Source: an uncultured Chloroflexia bacterium (lineage in GTDB: Bacteria > Chloroflexota > Limnocylindria > Limnocylindrales > CSP1-4). From it: DNA of 64,000 nucleotides. The translations under genes and the position numbers were made by a program. Below are positions 47,257 to 57,543 of the stretch, in pieces. A model generated the notes under the pieces. The model had not been told where the DNA came from and did not search any database. It saw only the letters and a list, made by a program, of their open reading frames with translations. Position 1 is the stretch's first letter, and every line of letters starts with the position of its first letter. The stretch covers positions 709,549-773,548 of the forward strand of contig CAWBLU010000001.1 of the NCBI GenBank assembly GCA_963789725.1, written 5' to 3'.

Positions 47257-48705
47257 ATGACAGCCAAGCCGAATCGCAGGTTCATATCGACGGCGATGGC
47301 CGCGTTGGCCATTGTCGCGCTGAGCGCCTGCAGCTCCGCAGCCAGCACTCCTACGGCCGCGCCCGCCGCCGCCGACGCCACCGCCGCCGCCGACGCCACC
47401 GCCGCCCCGAGCGCGGATACGCACAAGCCCGTCTCCATTACCGTCGGCGTGCTTCGCCCCGGCGCCACCCAGGAAGCCAGCGACGCCCTGAACCTTCAAA
47501 TCGCCGAGTTCGAAGCCAAGTATCCGTGGGTCACCGTTGTGCCGAACGAGTACAACTGGACCGCCCCCACGTTCACCGCGCAACTCGCCGGCGGCACCCT
47601 GCCGACCGTCTTCAACATCCCGTTCACCGACGGCAAGGGTCTGATCGCCCAGCATCAGATCGTCAACATCGACGCACGCGTCCGCGCTCTCGGCTATGCG
47701 GACAAGTTCAACCCGAACGTCCTGGTCAACGGCGAAGACGCCGATGGCAAGATCTACGCAGTGCCGATCACCGCATACGGCATGTCGCTGACCTACAGCC
47801 GGACCCTCTTCACGCAGGCCGGCCTCGACCCCAATAAGCCGCCCACGACGTGGGATGAAGTCAAGGCCGACGCCAAGGTCATCGCCTCCAAGACCGGCGC
47901 CGCCGGCTTCGCCCAGATGGCCACACAGAACACCGGCGGCTGGCAGCTGACCACCATGACGTACTCCCTCGGCGGGCGCATGGAAACCGTCGACAACGCC
48001 GGCAAGGTCACCGCCACGCTAAACAACAGCTACACCAAGGCCGCCCTCGACTATCTCCACGGTCTGCGCTGGGACGACAACTCGATGGGCGCCACCTTCG
48101 ACTACAACTGGGGCACCATCAACCAGGCCTTTGCCGCCGGCGAGATCGGCATGTTCACGGGCGGATCCGATCTCTACACCGCCATGGTCCAGAACAACGG
48201 GCTCAGGGCCGACGACTACGGCATCACCGTCATTCCGCTCGCCAGCGACCCGAATGCGGGCGTCCTCGGCGGCGGCAACCTCGTCGCCGTCAACGTCCTC
48301 TCGACCGAGGCCCAGCGCGACGCGGCAGTCAACTTCATCGACTTCTACTACATGAACAAGCTCCGAACCCAGGACGGCGCGGTTGCCGATGCCCAGGCCC
48401 TGAAGGCCAACAATCAGCCCGTCGGCGTCCCGGCCCTGCCGATCTTCGACAAGGCAACCTACGACCAGTCTCTGACCTGGATCAAGGACTACATCAACGT
48501 CCCCACGGCCCAGATGACCCCCTTCACCGGCAAGATCAACGCCCAGCCCCTGGTCACCGAACCGCGCTACAGCACCCAGGATCTCTACGCGGCTCTCGAC
48601 CCGGTCGTCCAGGCGGTCCTGACCGACAAGAACGCGGACATCAGCAAGCTGCTCGACGCAGCCAACGCGAAGGTCCAGAAGCTCCTCGACGCCCCGGCCT
48701 CCTAG
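47257..48705 (+). CDS. ABC transporter substrate-binding lipoprotein (alpha-glucoside/maltose type)
   Basis: Lipobox LSAC and an Ala-rich linker. RBS gaggat. Family 1 SBP. Confidence 0.85.
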   Translation: MTAKPNRRFISTAMAALAIVALSACSSAASTPTAAPAAADATAAADATAAPSADTHKPVSITVGVLRPGATQEASDALNLQIAEFEAKYPWVTVVPNEYNWTAPTFTAQLAGGTLPTVFNIPFTDGKGLIAQHQIVNIDARVRALGYADKFNPNVLVNGEDADGKIYAVPITAYGMSLTYSRTLFTQAGLDPNKPPTTWDEVKADAKVIASKTGAAGFAQMATQNTGGWQLTTMTYSLGGRMETVDNAGKVTATLNNSYTKAALDYLHGLRWDDNSMGATFDYNWGTINQAFAAGEIGMFTGGSDLYTAMVQNNGLRADDYGITVIPLASDPNAGVLGGGNLVAVNVLSTEAQRDAAVNFIDFYYMNKLRTQDGAVADAQALKANNQPVGVPALPIFDKATYDQSLTWIKDYINVPTAQMTPFTGKINAQPLVTEPRYSTQDLYAALDPVVQAVLTDKNADISKLLDAANAKVQKLLDAPAS

Positions 48706-48832
48706 TCCCGCACCTCCGATGGGGGCCTTTCATCCCTTGGCCCCCATCGGAGCCTCGATCCACCATGAACCCCCTCAAGCCGCCGGCACGTCCGGCCCCG
48801 CGCAGAAAGGCAGTAGTTCGGGCATGGACTCC

Positions 48833-49771
48833 ACGGCTGTACGACCGGGGTCGGCCAGCGGCACACGCCCAGGTCGTGGTCGGCTGACCTGGCTCAGCCG
48901 CGACGGGCTCAGCTCGCTGTTATTCCTGCTTCCTCTGCTGCTCGTCTTCGGGACCTTCTCGTGGTTCCCGATCCTGCGTTCCTTCGTCATGGCGGTGCAG
49001 GAGACCAACCTGGTCTCGACGCCCACATTCGTCGGCCTGGACAACTTCGCTACCGTCCTGGCGGACCCGCTCTTCGGCAAGGCTGTCGCCAACACGGCCT
49101 ATTTCGCCGTCCTGGCTCTCGTCATCGGCTATCCGATGCCATTGGTCCTGGCCATCGTCATGAGCGAGACCCGTCGCTTCCGGGGCCTGTACAGCGCCCT
49201 GGCATATCTCCCCGTCGTGGTCCCGCCTGTGGTCGCCGTTCTGCTGTGGAAGGTCTTCTACAAGGGCGGTCCCAACGGCGCGTTCAATTCGATACTCGGC
49301 GTCGTGGGCCTCGGGCCGATCCTGTGGCTGGGCGACGCGGCCATGGCGATGCCGTCGATCGTGGTGGAGGCCACGTGGGCCGCGTTCGGCGGGACGGTGA
49401 TCATCTACCTGGCGGCCCTGGTGAGCGTCCCGCCGGAGCTCTACGACGCGGCCGAGGTGGACGGGGCAAACATCTGGAACAAGATCCGATACGTGACCCT
49501 GCCGCACATGCGCGGGATCCTCTTCATCACCCTGATCCTCCAGCTGATCGCCACGGCCCAGATATTCACAGAGCCGTTCCTGCTGACTGAAGGGGGACCG
49601 GCCAACTCGACCACCACGGTCCTGCTGCTCATCTACAACTACGCCTTCGGGAGCAGCCTGGGCGGCCACTTCGGCGAAGCCGCCGCCCTCAGCCTGATGC
49701 TTGCCGCCTTCCTCGGCGTCTTCACCGCGGTCTACTTCTGGTTCACCCGGTCGTGGAGCACCTCCTCATGA
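48833..49771 (+). CDS. ABC sugar permease (MalF-like)
   Basis: EAA loop VDGANIWNKIRYVTLPHM. ATG at 48833. Confidence 0.85.
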   Translation, partial: TAVRPGSASGTRPGRGRLTWLSRDGLSSLLFLLPLLLVFGTFSWFPILRSFVMAVQETNLVSTPTFVGLDNFATVLADPLFGKAVANTAYFAVLALVIGYPMPLVLAIVMSETRRFRGLYSALAYLPVVVPPVVAVLLWKVFYKGGPNGAFNSILGVVGLGPILWLGDAAMAMPSIVVEATWAAFGGTVIIYLAALVSVPPELYDAAEVDGANIWNKIRYVTLPHMRGILFITLILQLIATAQIFTEPFLLTEGGPANSTTTVLLLIYNYAFGSSLGGHFGEAAALSLMLAAFLGVFTAVYFWFTRSWSTSS

Positions 49772-50691
49772 TGCTGCCGATCCCCTTCCGCCGCGGGCGC
49801 AAGAGAGCGCAGTCCGGACAACGCGGCCTCGTCTCGCTGGCGGACTGGCGCCGGCGCAGGATCCGCTGGTCGATCCAGACGGCCCACGGGCTGACGCTCG
49901 TTGTGCTGCTCATCGTGGGCCTCGGCCCCATCCTGTGGCTGGCCAAGGCCGCCATCACGCCGACCCAGGACACCCTCCGCCAGCCGATGGCGCTGTGGCC
50001 CAACGGCTGGGACCTGGACCTGCTGGTCCGGGCCTTCACCACGGTGCACATCGAGCGCTACTTCATGAACACGGTCTGGATCGCGATCGGGTCGTGGATC
50101 TGCCAGATCACCGTCGCCACAACGGCGGGCTACGCGCTTTCCGTCCTGAGGCCGAAGGGCTCGAGGATCCTCTACGGCCTGGTCCTGGCGACGCTGTTCG
50201 TGCCCTCCATCGTGCTTCTCGTGCCGCTCTACCTGACCGTTCTGGACATGCCGATCGTGGACGTCAAGCTCGTCGACACCTACTGGGCGGTCTGGCTGCC
50301 GGCCGGAGCAAGCGCCTTCAACGTCGTGATCATCAAGCGCTTCTTCGACAACCTGCCTCGCGAGATATTCGAGGCCGCGGAGGTCGATGGGGCCGGGCCC
50401 TTCCGGCTCTTCTGGTCGATTTGCCTGCCCATGTCACGCCCGATCGTCGGTGTCGTGTCCGTCTTCGCGGTGATCGCGACCTGGAAGGACTACCTCTGGC
50501 CGATGCTGGTGCTGCCGACCCCGGCCAATCAGCCGCTTTCGGTCCGACTCCCAACTCTTGAGCGGGGCATCCAGCTGGACCTCTTCCTGGCGTCGCTCGC
50601 GATCGCGACCCTGTTCCCGATCATCCTGTTCCTCATCTTCCAGCGAATGTTCCTGAAGGGCGACAACCTCAGCGGCGCGATCAAGGGCTGA
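49768..50691 (+). CDS. ABC sugar permease (MalG-like)
   Basis: EAA loop AEVDGAGPFRLFWSICLPMSRPI. ATG at 49768 overlaps the upstream TGA (ATGA). No ATPase follows, so a shared MsiK-type ATPase is inferred. Confidence 0.85.
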   Translation: MMLPIPFRRGRKRAQSGQRGLVSLADWRRRRIRWSIQTAHGLTLVVLLIVGLGPILWLAKAAITPTQDTLRQPMALWPNGWDLDLLVRAFTTVHIERYFMNTVWIAIGSWICQITVATTAGYALSVLRPKGSRILYGLVLATLFVPSIVLLVPLYLTVLDMPIVDVKLVDTYWAVWLPAGASAFNVVIIKRFFDNLPREIFEAAEVDGAGPFRLFWSICLPMSRPIVGVVSVFAVIATWKDYLWPMLVLPTPANQPLSVRLPTLERGIQLDLFLASLAIATLFPIILFLIFQRMFLKGDNLSGAIKG

Positions 50692-50803
50692 CCAGTCTTC
50701 GGCCGTGCGGCCGTCGAGATCCCGGCTGCCGTAGAGCCCGACCGGTCGCGGCCGTCGCGGAACGACCCGCCGGCCGCTTGCGCAGGGCCCGTAGGATCGG
50801 ACC

Positions 50804-51964
50804 ATGGGATCGGTCGGGTCGCGGTCGCCGCTCAAGGCCGCCGCGCTGTCTCTGGTCGTGGTCACCGCCCTCGTCGGCTGCGGCAGCTCGGGCGGCCCGG
50901 TCCTCGGCGGTCTGTCCGCTTCAGGAGCGGGCCGGTCTGGCGCTAGCGCATCCGGCGCATCGTCCGTGGAGCCGAGCCCCGTCGGATCGGCCGCCATCGC
51001 GGTCGGAGACGCATCCGATTCACCCGGCGCCGGATCCACAGCGGCGGTCGGCGCGACAGCCACGGCCCCGGCTGCGCCGACGCTCGCCGCCACCGTAGGG
51101 CCGACCGCCACGCCACGGCCGGTGCCGCCCGCCCCGACTCAACCCCCGGCCGCCGGACCGTGTTATGTCTTCCCGTCTTCCAACGTCTGGAACCGCAGCG
51201 TCGCCGGCCTGCCGGTGGCATCCAACTCGGCGGCGATGGTGAACGCGATCGGCCCGGCTGCCTACCTCCATCCGGACTTCGACGCAATCGGCGACGGGAT
51301 CCCGTACAACATCGTGACCGCGGCCACGCCGTCCTACACGGTCGCATTCGACTATGCCGACGAGTCCGATCCCGGCCCGTATCCGATCCCGTCGAGCCCC
51401 CGGATCGAAGCGGGCTCGGACCGGCATCTGCTCTCGCTGGATCTCGGTCGGTGCAAGCTCTGGGAGCTGTACGACGTCCGCAGATCTGGTTCGGCCTGGT
51501 CGGCCGGGTCGGGCGCGGTCTTCGATCTCCGCTCGAACGCCCTGCGCCCGGCAGGCTGGACGAGCGCCGACGCCGCCGGCCTGCCGATCTTCCCGGGCCT
51601 GGTTCGCTACGACGAGGTCCTGACCGGCGCGATCAACCATGCCATCAGGTTCACCGCCCCCAGGACATGCGGGTACATCTACCCTGCGCGCCACCTGACC
51701 GCGAGCTCGTGCTCTACCCTGCCGCCGATGGGATTGCGCCTGCGCCTGAAGTCCTCCGTGGACATCAGCGGCTTCGGCCCGCACGCGCAGGTGGTGCTCG
51801 CGGCTCTCAGGCGCTATGGCATGATCTTGGCCGACAACGGGTCGCCCTGGTACGTCAGTGGTGCCCCCGATGCGCGCTGGAACGATGACGAGATGCACGA
51901 GCTCCAAACCCTGACCGGGGCGGATTTCGAGGTCGTGGACACGAGCGGGCTCCGCAACGGATGA
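50804..51964 (+). CDS. Secreted lipoprotein, hypothetical
   Basis: Signal peptide plus lipobox LVGC, and a Ser/Ala/Gly/Pro-rich linker. The conserved-looking C-terminal domain has no family I can name. Confidence 0.55.
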   Translation: MGSVGSRSPLKAAALSLVVVTALVGCGSSGGPVLGGLSASGAGRSGASASGASSVEPSPVGSAAIAVGDASDSPGAGSTAAVGATATAPAAPTLAATVGPTATPRPVPPAPTQPPAAGPCYVFPSSNVWNRSVAGLPVASNSAAMVNAIGPAAYLHPDFDAIGDGIPYNIVTAATPSYTVAFDYADESDPGPYPIPSSPRIEAGSDRHLLSLDLGRCKLWELYDVRRSGSAWSAGSGAVFDLRSNALRPAGWTSADAAGLPIFPGLVRYDEVLTGAINHAIRFTAPRTCGYIYPARHLTASSCSTLPPMGLRLRLKSSVDISGFGPHAQVVLAALRRYGMILADNGSPWYVSGAPDARWNDDEMHELQTLTGADFEVVDTSGLRNG

Positions 51965-52137
51965 GGGCGTCGGGGCGATGGAGCAGGACCCAAGGTGCGG
52001 TCGGGGAGACTCCGGATAGGGCGTGGAAGCACCACCGGTACTTACGTATGGCTATATCCGCAAGCACGACGCGATACCCTCGGGCTACCGTTCGGCGAAC
52101 GTCAGACCGGCCCTTACTCGTCATCCATGGAGGCTGC

Positions 52138-52653
52138 GTGCTCATCCCGTTCATCGGGTACGCCCGGGGTCGGCGGTTCATCGGTTACGTGGAATGCGAG
52201 GGTGACCGACTCACCGACGTGCTCAACCGGACCGACTCGGTGGTCATCCGGGAGACCTACGTCGAAAGCTTCGAAGACGACACCGTCGTGAATCTCGGGG
52301 ACGGCGAGGTGGACCGGTCGATGCTGTACGCGGTCGAGACGACCGGCGTCCGAGGGGAAGTCACCAGGCGCATCCACACCATCCGCCACCGTCTGCAGGT
52401 CCAGCTCGGGCCCTACACCGCCCTTGGACTCCTTCATTCTCTGCCGGGCCAGCTGCCGCTGCCGCATCTCCATTCGCGCGGCCCCATGATCCCGCTCTCC
52501 GACGCCACCATCGGGTTCGCCTGCCGGGGCTCGATCCAGCTTCGCGATGTCGGCACCCTCATCGTCAACCGCGACATGCTGGACTGGGTTCGCGCCAGCG
52601 ACGACGAAGCCCTGGCCTTCCCGGGCGTGCCCGTCGTCTCGGACCGGGCATAA
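52138..52653 (+). CDS. Hypothetical protein (~171 aa)
   Basis: High GC3 coding signal from about 52110. GTG at 52138 is preceded by ggagg. No recognisable motifs. Confidence 0.4.
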   Translation: MLIPFIGYARGRRFIGYVECEGDRLTDVLNRTDSVVIRETYVESFEDDTVVNLGDGEVDRSMLYAVETTGVRGEVTRRIHTIRHRLQVQLGPYTALGLLHSLPGQLPLPHLHSRGPMIPLSDATIGFACRGSIQLRDVGTLIVNRDMLDWVRASDDEALAFPGVPVVSDRA

Positions 52654-52693
52654 CCCGGGCGACGCCGTCGCGCATGCGGGCCGGGGCTTGCGC

Positions 52694-53260
52694 CTACAGT
52701 CCCAGCTCGCCGCGGATCGTCTTGAGGCCCTCGATCACGTTTGCGACGTGCTCCTCAAAAGGCACGCCCAACTCGTCCGCCCCCTTGAGCAGCTGATCGC
52801 GTGGAACCAGCCTGGCGAAGCTCTTGTCCTTCATCTTCTTGACGACGGCCCGGACGTCGACTTCGTCCAGGCTTCGGCTCGGGCGGACATACGTGACGGC
52901 GATGATGAAGCCCGTCATCTCATCGCAGGCGTAGACCGTCTTCGCCAGCAGGCTGACGCGCGGCACACCGGTGTGGTCGCCGTGGCCCAGGATCGCCTCG
53001 ACGACCTCGTCGGGGTAACCGAGCCGCCGCAGCTCTTCGGCGCCGCGCATCGGGTGGGTCTCGGGATAGCGCTCGTAGTCGAAATCGTGGAGCAGGCCGG
53101 CCGAGCGCCAGGTCTGGAGTTCGGGCTCGCCGATTCCGAAGCGGTTCTCGCCATACCAGCGGACGGCCGCCTCGACGGCCAGGCCGTGTTTGCGCAGGGC
53201 CTCGCTCGGGGTCCAGTCGGCCAGGAGACGCCAGGCATCGTCGCGCGTCGGAGTGTTCAT
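52694..53260 (-). CDS. HD-domain phosphohydrolase
   Basis: HD motif AGLLHDFDYERYP...HP...ILGHGDHTGVP. ATG at 53260 with a GGAGGAGG ribosome-binding site. Confidence 0.75.
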   Translation of the reverse strand: MNTPTRDDAWRLLADWTPSEALRKHGLAVEAAVRWYGENRFGIGEPELQTWRSAGLLHDFDYERYPETHPMRGAEELRRLGYPDEVVEAILGHGDHTGVPRVSLLAKTVYACDEMTGFIIAVTYVRPSRSLDEVDVRAVVKKMKDKSFARLVPRDQLLKGADELGVPFEEHVANVIEGLKTIRGELGL

Positions 53261-53328
53261 GAAGCCTCCTCCGCGGGAGCGTACCATCGACCCGATGAGC
53301 CGGCATCCGCCGGGGCCGCACACGGGGA

Positions 53329-54156
53329 GTGGCGTCAGGTATGAGCCTACTAAGAGTCGCCCTCGTCCAGCTCGCTGCCGACCACGACGTGGCCGCGAAC
53401 ATCGACCGCGCCGCGGAACTGGTCCGGCAGGCGGGCGAGAGCAGGCCGGGGCTGATTTCGCTGCCCGAGGTGTTCCAGTACCGCGGCCCCGTGGCGGGCT
53501 TCCGCGAATCCGCGACCGGGCTGCCCGGCCCGATCACCGACCAATTCTCGGAGCTGGCACGCGGCCTGAACTGCTGGATCCTGCTCGGCAGCCTGGCCGA
53601 ACGATCGACAGACCCTCTGCGGCCTTACAACACGTCCGTCCTGCTGGACCCGGCCGGGCAGATCGCGGCCGTGTACCGCAAGCGTCATCTCTTCGACGTC
53701 GCCATCGAGAACGGGCCCTCGGATCGCGAGTCGGCCCGCATCACGCCCGGAGACTCGACCGTGATCGCGTCGATGGAGGGGCTAGGAGAGGGTCTGGACG
53801 TGCGCCTGGGACTGAGCATCTGCTTCGACGTGCGCTTCCCGGAGCTGTACCGCGAACTCGCCGCCGGTGGGGCCGTGGTGATGGCCGTCCCGGCCAACTT
53901 CACCGAGGCCACGGGCCGCGACCACTGGGAGGTTCTCCTGCGGGCCCGAGCAATCGAGAACGGATCGTTCGTGATCGCGCCGGCTCAGTGCGGCAGCGGC
54001 GGCGGCGTCCCCGCGCACGGCCGCAGCATGGTCGTGGATCCGTGGGGCATCGTCATTGCCCAGGCGCCGGACGGACCGGGCGTCATCGTCGCCGATCTGG
54101 ACCTCGATCGGGTAGCTTCAGTCCGTCGTCAGCTGCCGACCCAGCCCGCCGGTTGA
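53329..54156 (+). CDS. Carbon-nitrogen hydrolase (nitrilase superfamily)
   Basis: LRVALVQL...ISLPEVF...YRKRHLFD...LGLSICFDVRFPELYR...ENGSFVIAPAQCG, with the Glu-Lys-Cys triad context. Confidence 0.85.
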   Translation: MASGMSLLRVALVQLAADHDVAANIDRAAELVRQAGESRPGLISLPEVFQYRGPVAGFRESATGLPGPITDQFSELARGLNCWILLGSLAERSTDPLRPYNTSVLLDPAGQIAAVYRKRHLFDVAIENGPSDRESARITPGDSTVIASMEGLGEGLDVRLGLSICFDVRFPELYRELAAGGAVVMAVPANFTEATGRDHWEVLLRARAIENGSFVIAPAQCGSGGGVPAHGRSMVVDPWGIVIAQAPDGPGVIVADLDLDRVASVRRQLPTQPAG

Positions 54157-54206
54157 GGCTCAGGCCAGGGGGCCGGACCGAGCCATTCGAGCCCTCCGAG
54201 CCGAGA

Positions 54207-55052
54207 TCAGGCCGCTCCCCATCGCCGGGCGAGCGGAGAGTCTTCCGCGTGGCCGTCGTTCTGGTCGCTGGCGCCGTCCCCGCCATGCTCGGCGACTATC
54301 GTCAGCAGTTGCTCGCGATTGAGCAGCGCGAACGGGAACCGGGCCACGAGGGTGGGATTCGAGAGCGAGCCAACGGTCAGGTCCGTGATCGGCAGGAAGT
54401 GAGGATCGGGCGTTTCCAGGAACTGCGCCATCGACCCGTGGGCATGGACGTGGAGGCTGCCGCGGAGCTCGTAACCGGGGGTCACGATCGAGACTCGCAG
54501 CTGCTGCTTCCGGATCACGGGTGCCCCGGGTCGGCCCTGCGTAGCCGGGGCCCGTTCGGCGAGCATGACCACCTGGTCCAGGCGAACCCAGAGCGTGCCC
54601 CGTTGTTTGTCCGAACCGGGAGCTTCCGGCTGCCCGAGGTGGGATAGCGACGCGTCGCAGACCTGCAAGAACCCGGCTTGCATGTTTACCCAGTCCGAGA
54701 GGCGATCGAACTGCCCGGTACGGATCTGTCCCGAGATCTGGAATCCGTTGCCGAATATCTCAACTCCCACGGCGACGCCCTCGGACGCCGCGGCCTCACC
54801 GCCGAGCCAATCGTTGCCGCCCTGCGGAACCGGGGCGCCCAGGGTCCCCCACACAGGGTCGAACCCGGGCTGGGCGCCGCGCTCACCGATGAGGCGGCCC
54901 GCGTGCGGATCGCCCAGGCGGACATACGGGGCATAGCCGGTCGAGGCGTTCGCGTCGAAGCCCGATCCATAGTCCTGCTCCGGCGAATCGCCCTGGCGAA
55001 GGCCCCCGAGGAATCCCGGTCTTGCAACCATACGTCTGTCCGCGTGCCTCAA
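54207..55052 (-). CDS. Hypothetical protein, downstream of the two-component system
   Basis: Long ORF with coding-like composition and no family motifs recognised. The start is uncertain. Confidence 0.45.
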   Translation of the reverse strand: MRHADRRMVARPGFLGGLRQGDSPEQDYGSGFDANASTGYAPYVRLGDPHAGRLIGERGAQPGFDPVWGTLGAPVPQGGNDWLGGEAAASEGVAVGVEIFGNGFQISGQIRTGQFDRLSDWVNMQAGFLQVCDASLSHLGQPEAPGSDKQRGTLWVRLDQVVMLAERAPATQGRPGAPVIRKQQLRVSIVTPGYELRGSLHVHAHGSMAQFLETPDPHFLPITDLTVGSLSNPTLVARFPFALLNREQLLTIVAEHGGDGASDQNDGHAEDSPLARRWGAA

Positions 55053-55258
55053 CTGATGCCGTCGCGAGCACCTGCCGGAGGAGTCGGCAGATTGCCGTGG
55101 GGACTTAATCCGCCAAGGATGAGTGACAGCGCGGTCCGTGGCGTCGCATCATCCTGCGTCTCATGAGGTCGCCTGCCCATGGCCCAAGAGTGGACATGCA
55201 ATCTCCGTGCTCCGGCGTGGGTCCAACACCGCCGGCCTGCGACTTGGAGGGACGGACT

Positions 55259-56749
55259 TCAGCTGTCGTCGCCGGGCGGCTCGCCCGGAAGGGATAGCGT
55301 GAAGGCGGCGCCGTGGCCAGCTTGTGCCGGCTCGAGCCAGAGATCTCCGCTCATGGTCCGGAGCAACTGCCGCGACACATACAGGCCCAGGCCCGTGCCG
55401 TCGGCGCTCTCGTGACCCTCACCTCTGCTGAAACGGATGAATAGCCGCTCGCGGTCGCCCTCGGGGACGCCCGGCCCGTGGTCGACGATAGTGACGTGGA
55501 GGCGGTCGATGGTTTCGTCGGCCTGGATGTGGGCCTCGACTCTGCCACTGCGACCGCCGTACTTCACGGCGTTGTCGAGCAGCGCCCACAAGACCTGGTC
55601 CAGCTGGTCCGGGTCCGCCACGCCAAGCCAACCCGGAGCCCCGTCGTGCACCTCGAAGCGGGCATCGGCCGCGTTCAGGGCTTCCCACGCGCGCCGGATG
55701 CGCGGACCCAAGGCGATGACTTCCGCCTCGGGTCTCAGCACGCCCGCTTCCAGCCGCGTCACGGTCAGGAGCTGGCGCACGAGTCGCGTCAAGCGCTCGG
55801 TCTGCTCGGCCACGATTTGCAGGCGGCGGTCTCGGGCGGCTTCGTCCGATGCCGCTCGGAGCTGATCCACGTAGGCGCGAATACTGGTAAGGGGCGTTTG
55901 GAGGTTGTGGCTGACGCCGCGCAGGAACTCATCCTTGGCGGCGTCCAGTTCGAGCAGCCTCTCGTTCTGGTTCTCTATCTGCCCGAACAGTTCCGCATTC
56001 CTCAACGCAACGCCGACCTCACTGGCGAACAGGTCGAGCAGGTCCTGGTCTGCCCGCTCCCAACCACGAGTTGCGGGCAGATGCCCGCTGAGAACTCCGA
56101 GCGTCTCGCTGCCGGCCCGAAGCACGACACGCACGGGCCGTGGGTCTCCCGGGATCGCCTCCTCGACCGGAACGTCGACCGCGTCGACGAGCTGGAGCCG
56201 GCAATCGATCAGGCCGTAGATCGAACAGGCGTCGAATTCGGCTCGGGCCGTCAGGGCGGGAAGTCCCTGTGCCGGGTTGTACGTCGCGATCGCCCGAAGG
56301 AGCGACCCCAACTCGCGGTTGCGGCGCTGGGCGTCGGCGGCGATGCGGTTATGGCTCTCCGCCAGCCGGGCGAGCTCGTCGTCCCCGGTGATGTGGATCG
56401 GGGGGCCCGGTTCGCCCGCCGCGACCCTCTCGACCGCGGTCGTGATCCGGCGCAGCGGCACCGTCAGCCAGGAGACCGACATGGCTGCCGCGAGGAGGCC
56501 CAGGAAGGCAGCCGCGACGATCGACGCGATCAGGAGCGGGACCATCACGCCGGCGTCGGTGTACAGGCGCGCAGCGACGACGATGCCGCCGAAGACCGCC
56601 ACGGGGAGTACGGCGGCGGCGATGAGGCCGGTCGTGAGCAGGATGCGGAATGAAGGTCCGGTTCCCCCGGCTTCCCCGCGGGCGGGCTCGCCGTCGCGAC
56701 TCTTCCGCGGATCACGCATTTGCGGGGCTCGCGACGAGTCGATAGCCAA
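55259..56749 (-). CDS. Sensor histidine kinase (2 TM, HAMP, GAF-like, HisKA, HATPase_c)
   Basis: H-box FLRGVSHNLQTPLTSI, N box LLDNAVKYG, and G boxes DHGPGV and GTGLGL. Confidence 0.85.
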   Translation of the reverse strand: MAIDSSRAPQMRDPRKSRDGEPARGEAGGTGPSFRILLTTGLIAAAVLPVAVFGGIVVAARLYTDAGVMVPLLIASIVAAAFLGLLAAAMSVSWLTVPLRRITTAVERVAAGEPGPPIHITGDDELARLAESHNRIAADAQRRNRELGSLLRAIATYNPAQGLPALTARAEFDACSIYGLIDCRLQLVDAVDVPVEEAIPGDPRPVRVVLRAGSETLGVLSGHLPATRGWERADQDLLDLFASEVGVALRNAELFGQIENQNERLLELDAAKDEFLRGVSHNLQTPLTSIRAYVDQLRAASDEAARDRRLQIVAEQTERLTRLVRQLLTVTRLEAGVLRPEAEVIALGPRIRRAWEALNAADARFEVHDGAPGWLGVADPDQLDQVLWALLDNAVKYGGRSGRVEAHIQADETIDRLHVTIVDHGPGVPEGDRERLFIRFSRGEGHESADGTGLGLYVSRQLLRTMSGDLWLEPAQAGHGAAFTLSLPGEPPGDDS

Positions 56750-57419
56750 CGCCCCGGACGGTGATCAGATGGACCGGCCGGTCGGGGTCGACTTCGATCT
56801 TCTGGCGCAGCCGGCGCATCGACACCCAGACGTACGATGGCTCGGCCTCCTCGGTCTCGGTCCACCCCCGCGACAGAAGGGTCTCGGTTGGGACGATCTC
56901 CCCAAGGTTCGCAGCGAGCGGCTGGAGCAGGCGTGCCTCCGTCGGCGTCAGCTGGACTTCCTTGCCGGCGACAGTGGCCGACCGGCGATGCAGGTCCAGT
57001 GTGAGGTCCGGGCCAAGGACCACGGATCGGTGTGGGATCCGATCGCCAAGACGTCGCAAGACACGTTCTATTCGAGCCCTGAGCTCGGGGTAGTGATACG
57101 GCTTGGAGACGTAGTCCTCGGCCACTTCGTTTAGCAGGCGGGCCTTGCTGTCGGCCGTGTCGATGGCGGACAGGACGATAATCGGCAGGTCTGCCTCGGC
57201 TTTGATTCGTCGGGCCAGTGCCAGACCGTCGTAGCGAGGCATCGTCAGATCGAGCAGGATCAGGTCGGGCCAGCCAGCCTCGAGGCGGCGCACGGCCTCC
57301 GCGCCATCACGGGCGGTGGCCACTTCATAACCATCGTCCCGCAGCTGCTCGGACAGAACGACCAGCAGGCTGGGGTCGTCGTCCACGAGCAGGATCCTTC
57401 GCGGCCGTTGGTCCATCAT
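56712..57419 (-). CDS. Response regulator, OmpR/PhoB family
   Basis: ILLVDDDPSLL...DLILLDLTMP plus winged-helix LTPTEARLLQPL...VRGVGYRL. Overlaps the kinase start. Confidence 0.9.
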   Translation of the reverse strand: MMDQRPRRILLVDDDPSLLVVLSEQLRDDGYEVATARDGAEAVRRLEAGWPDLILLDLTMPRYDGLALARRIKAEADLPIIVLSAIDTADSKARLLNEVAEDYVSKPYHYPELRARIERVLRRLGDRIPHRSVVLGPDLTLDLHRRSATVAGKEVQLTPTEARLLQPLAANLGEIVPTETLLSRGWTETEEAEPSYVWVSMRRLRQKIEVDPDRPVHLITVRGVGYRLVASPANA

Positions 57420-57543
57420 CCCGCCGATATGCCTCCCCCGAGCACCACGCGGCGCGGGGCGGTCGGACCGAGTATAGGCCTGAGCCGGGGACCGGCGTGG
57501 GGTCGAGGATCGCGCGCGGCTCGCCGTCGGGCGGTCGGTCGCG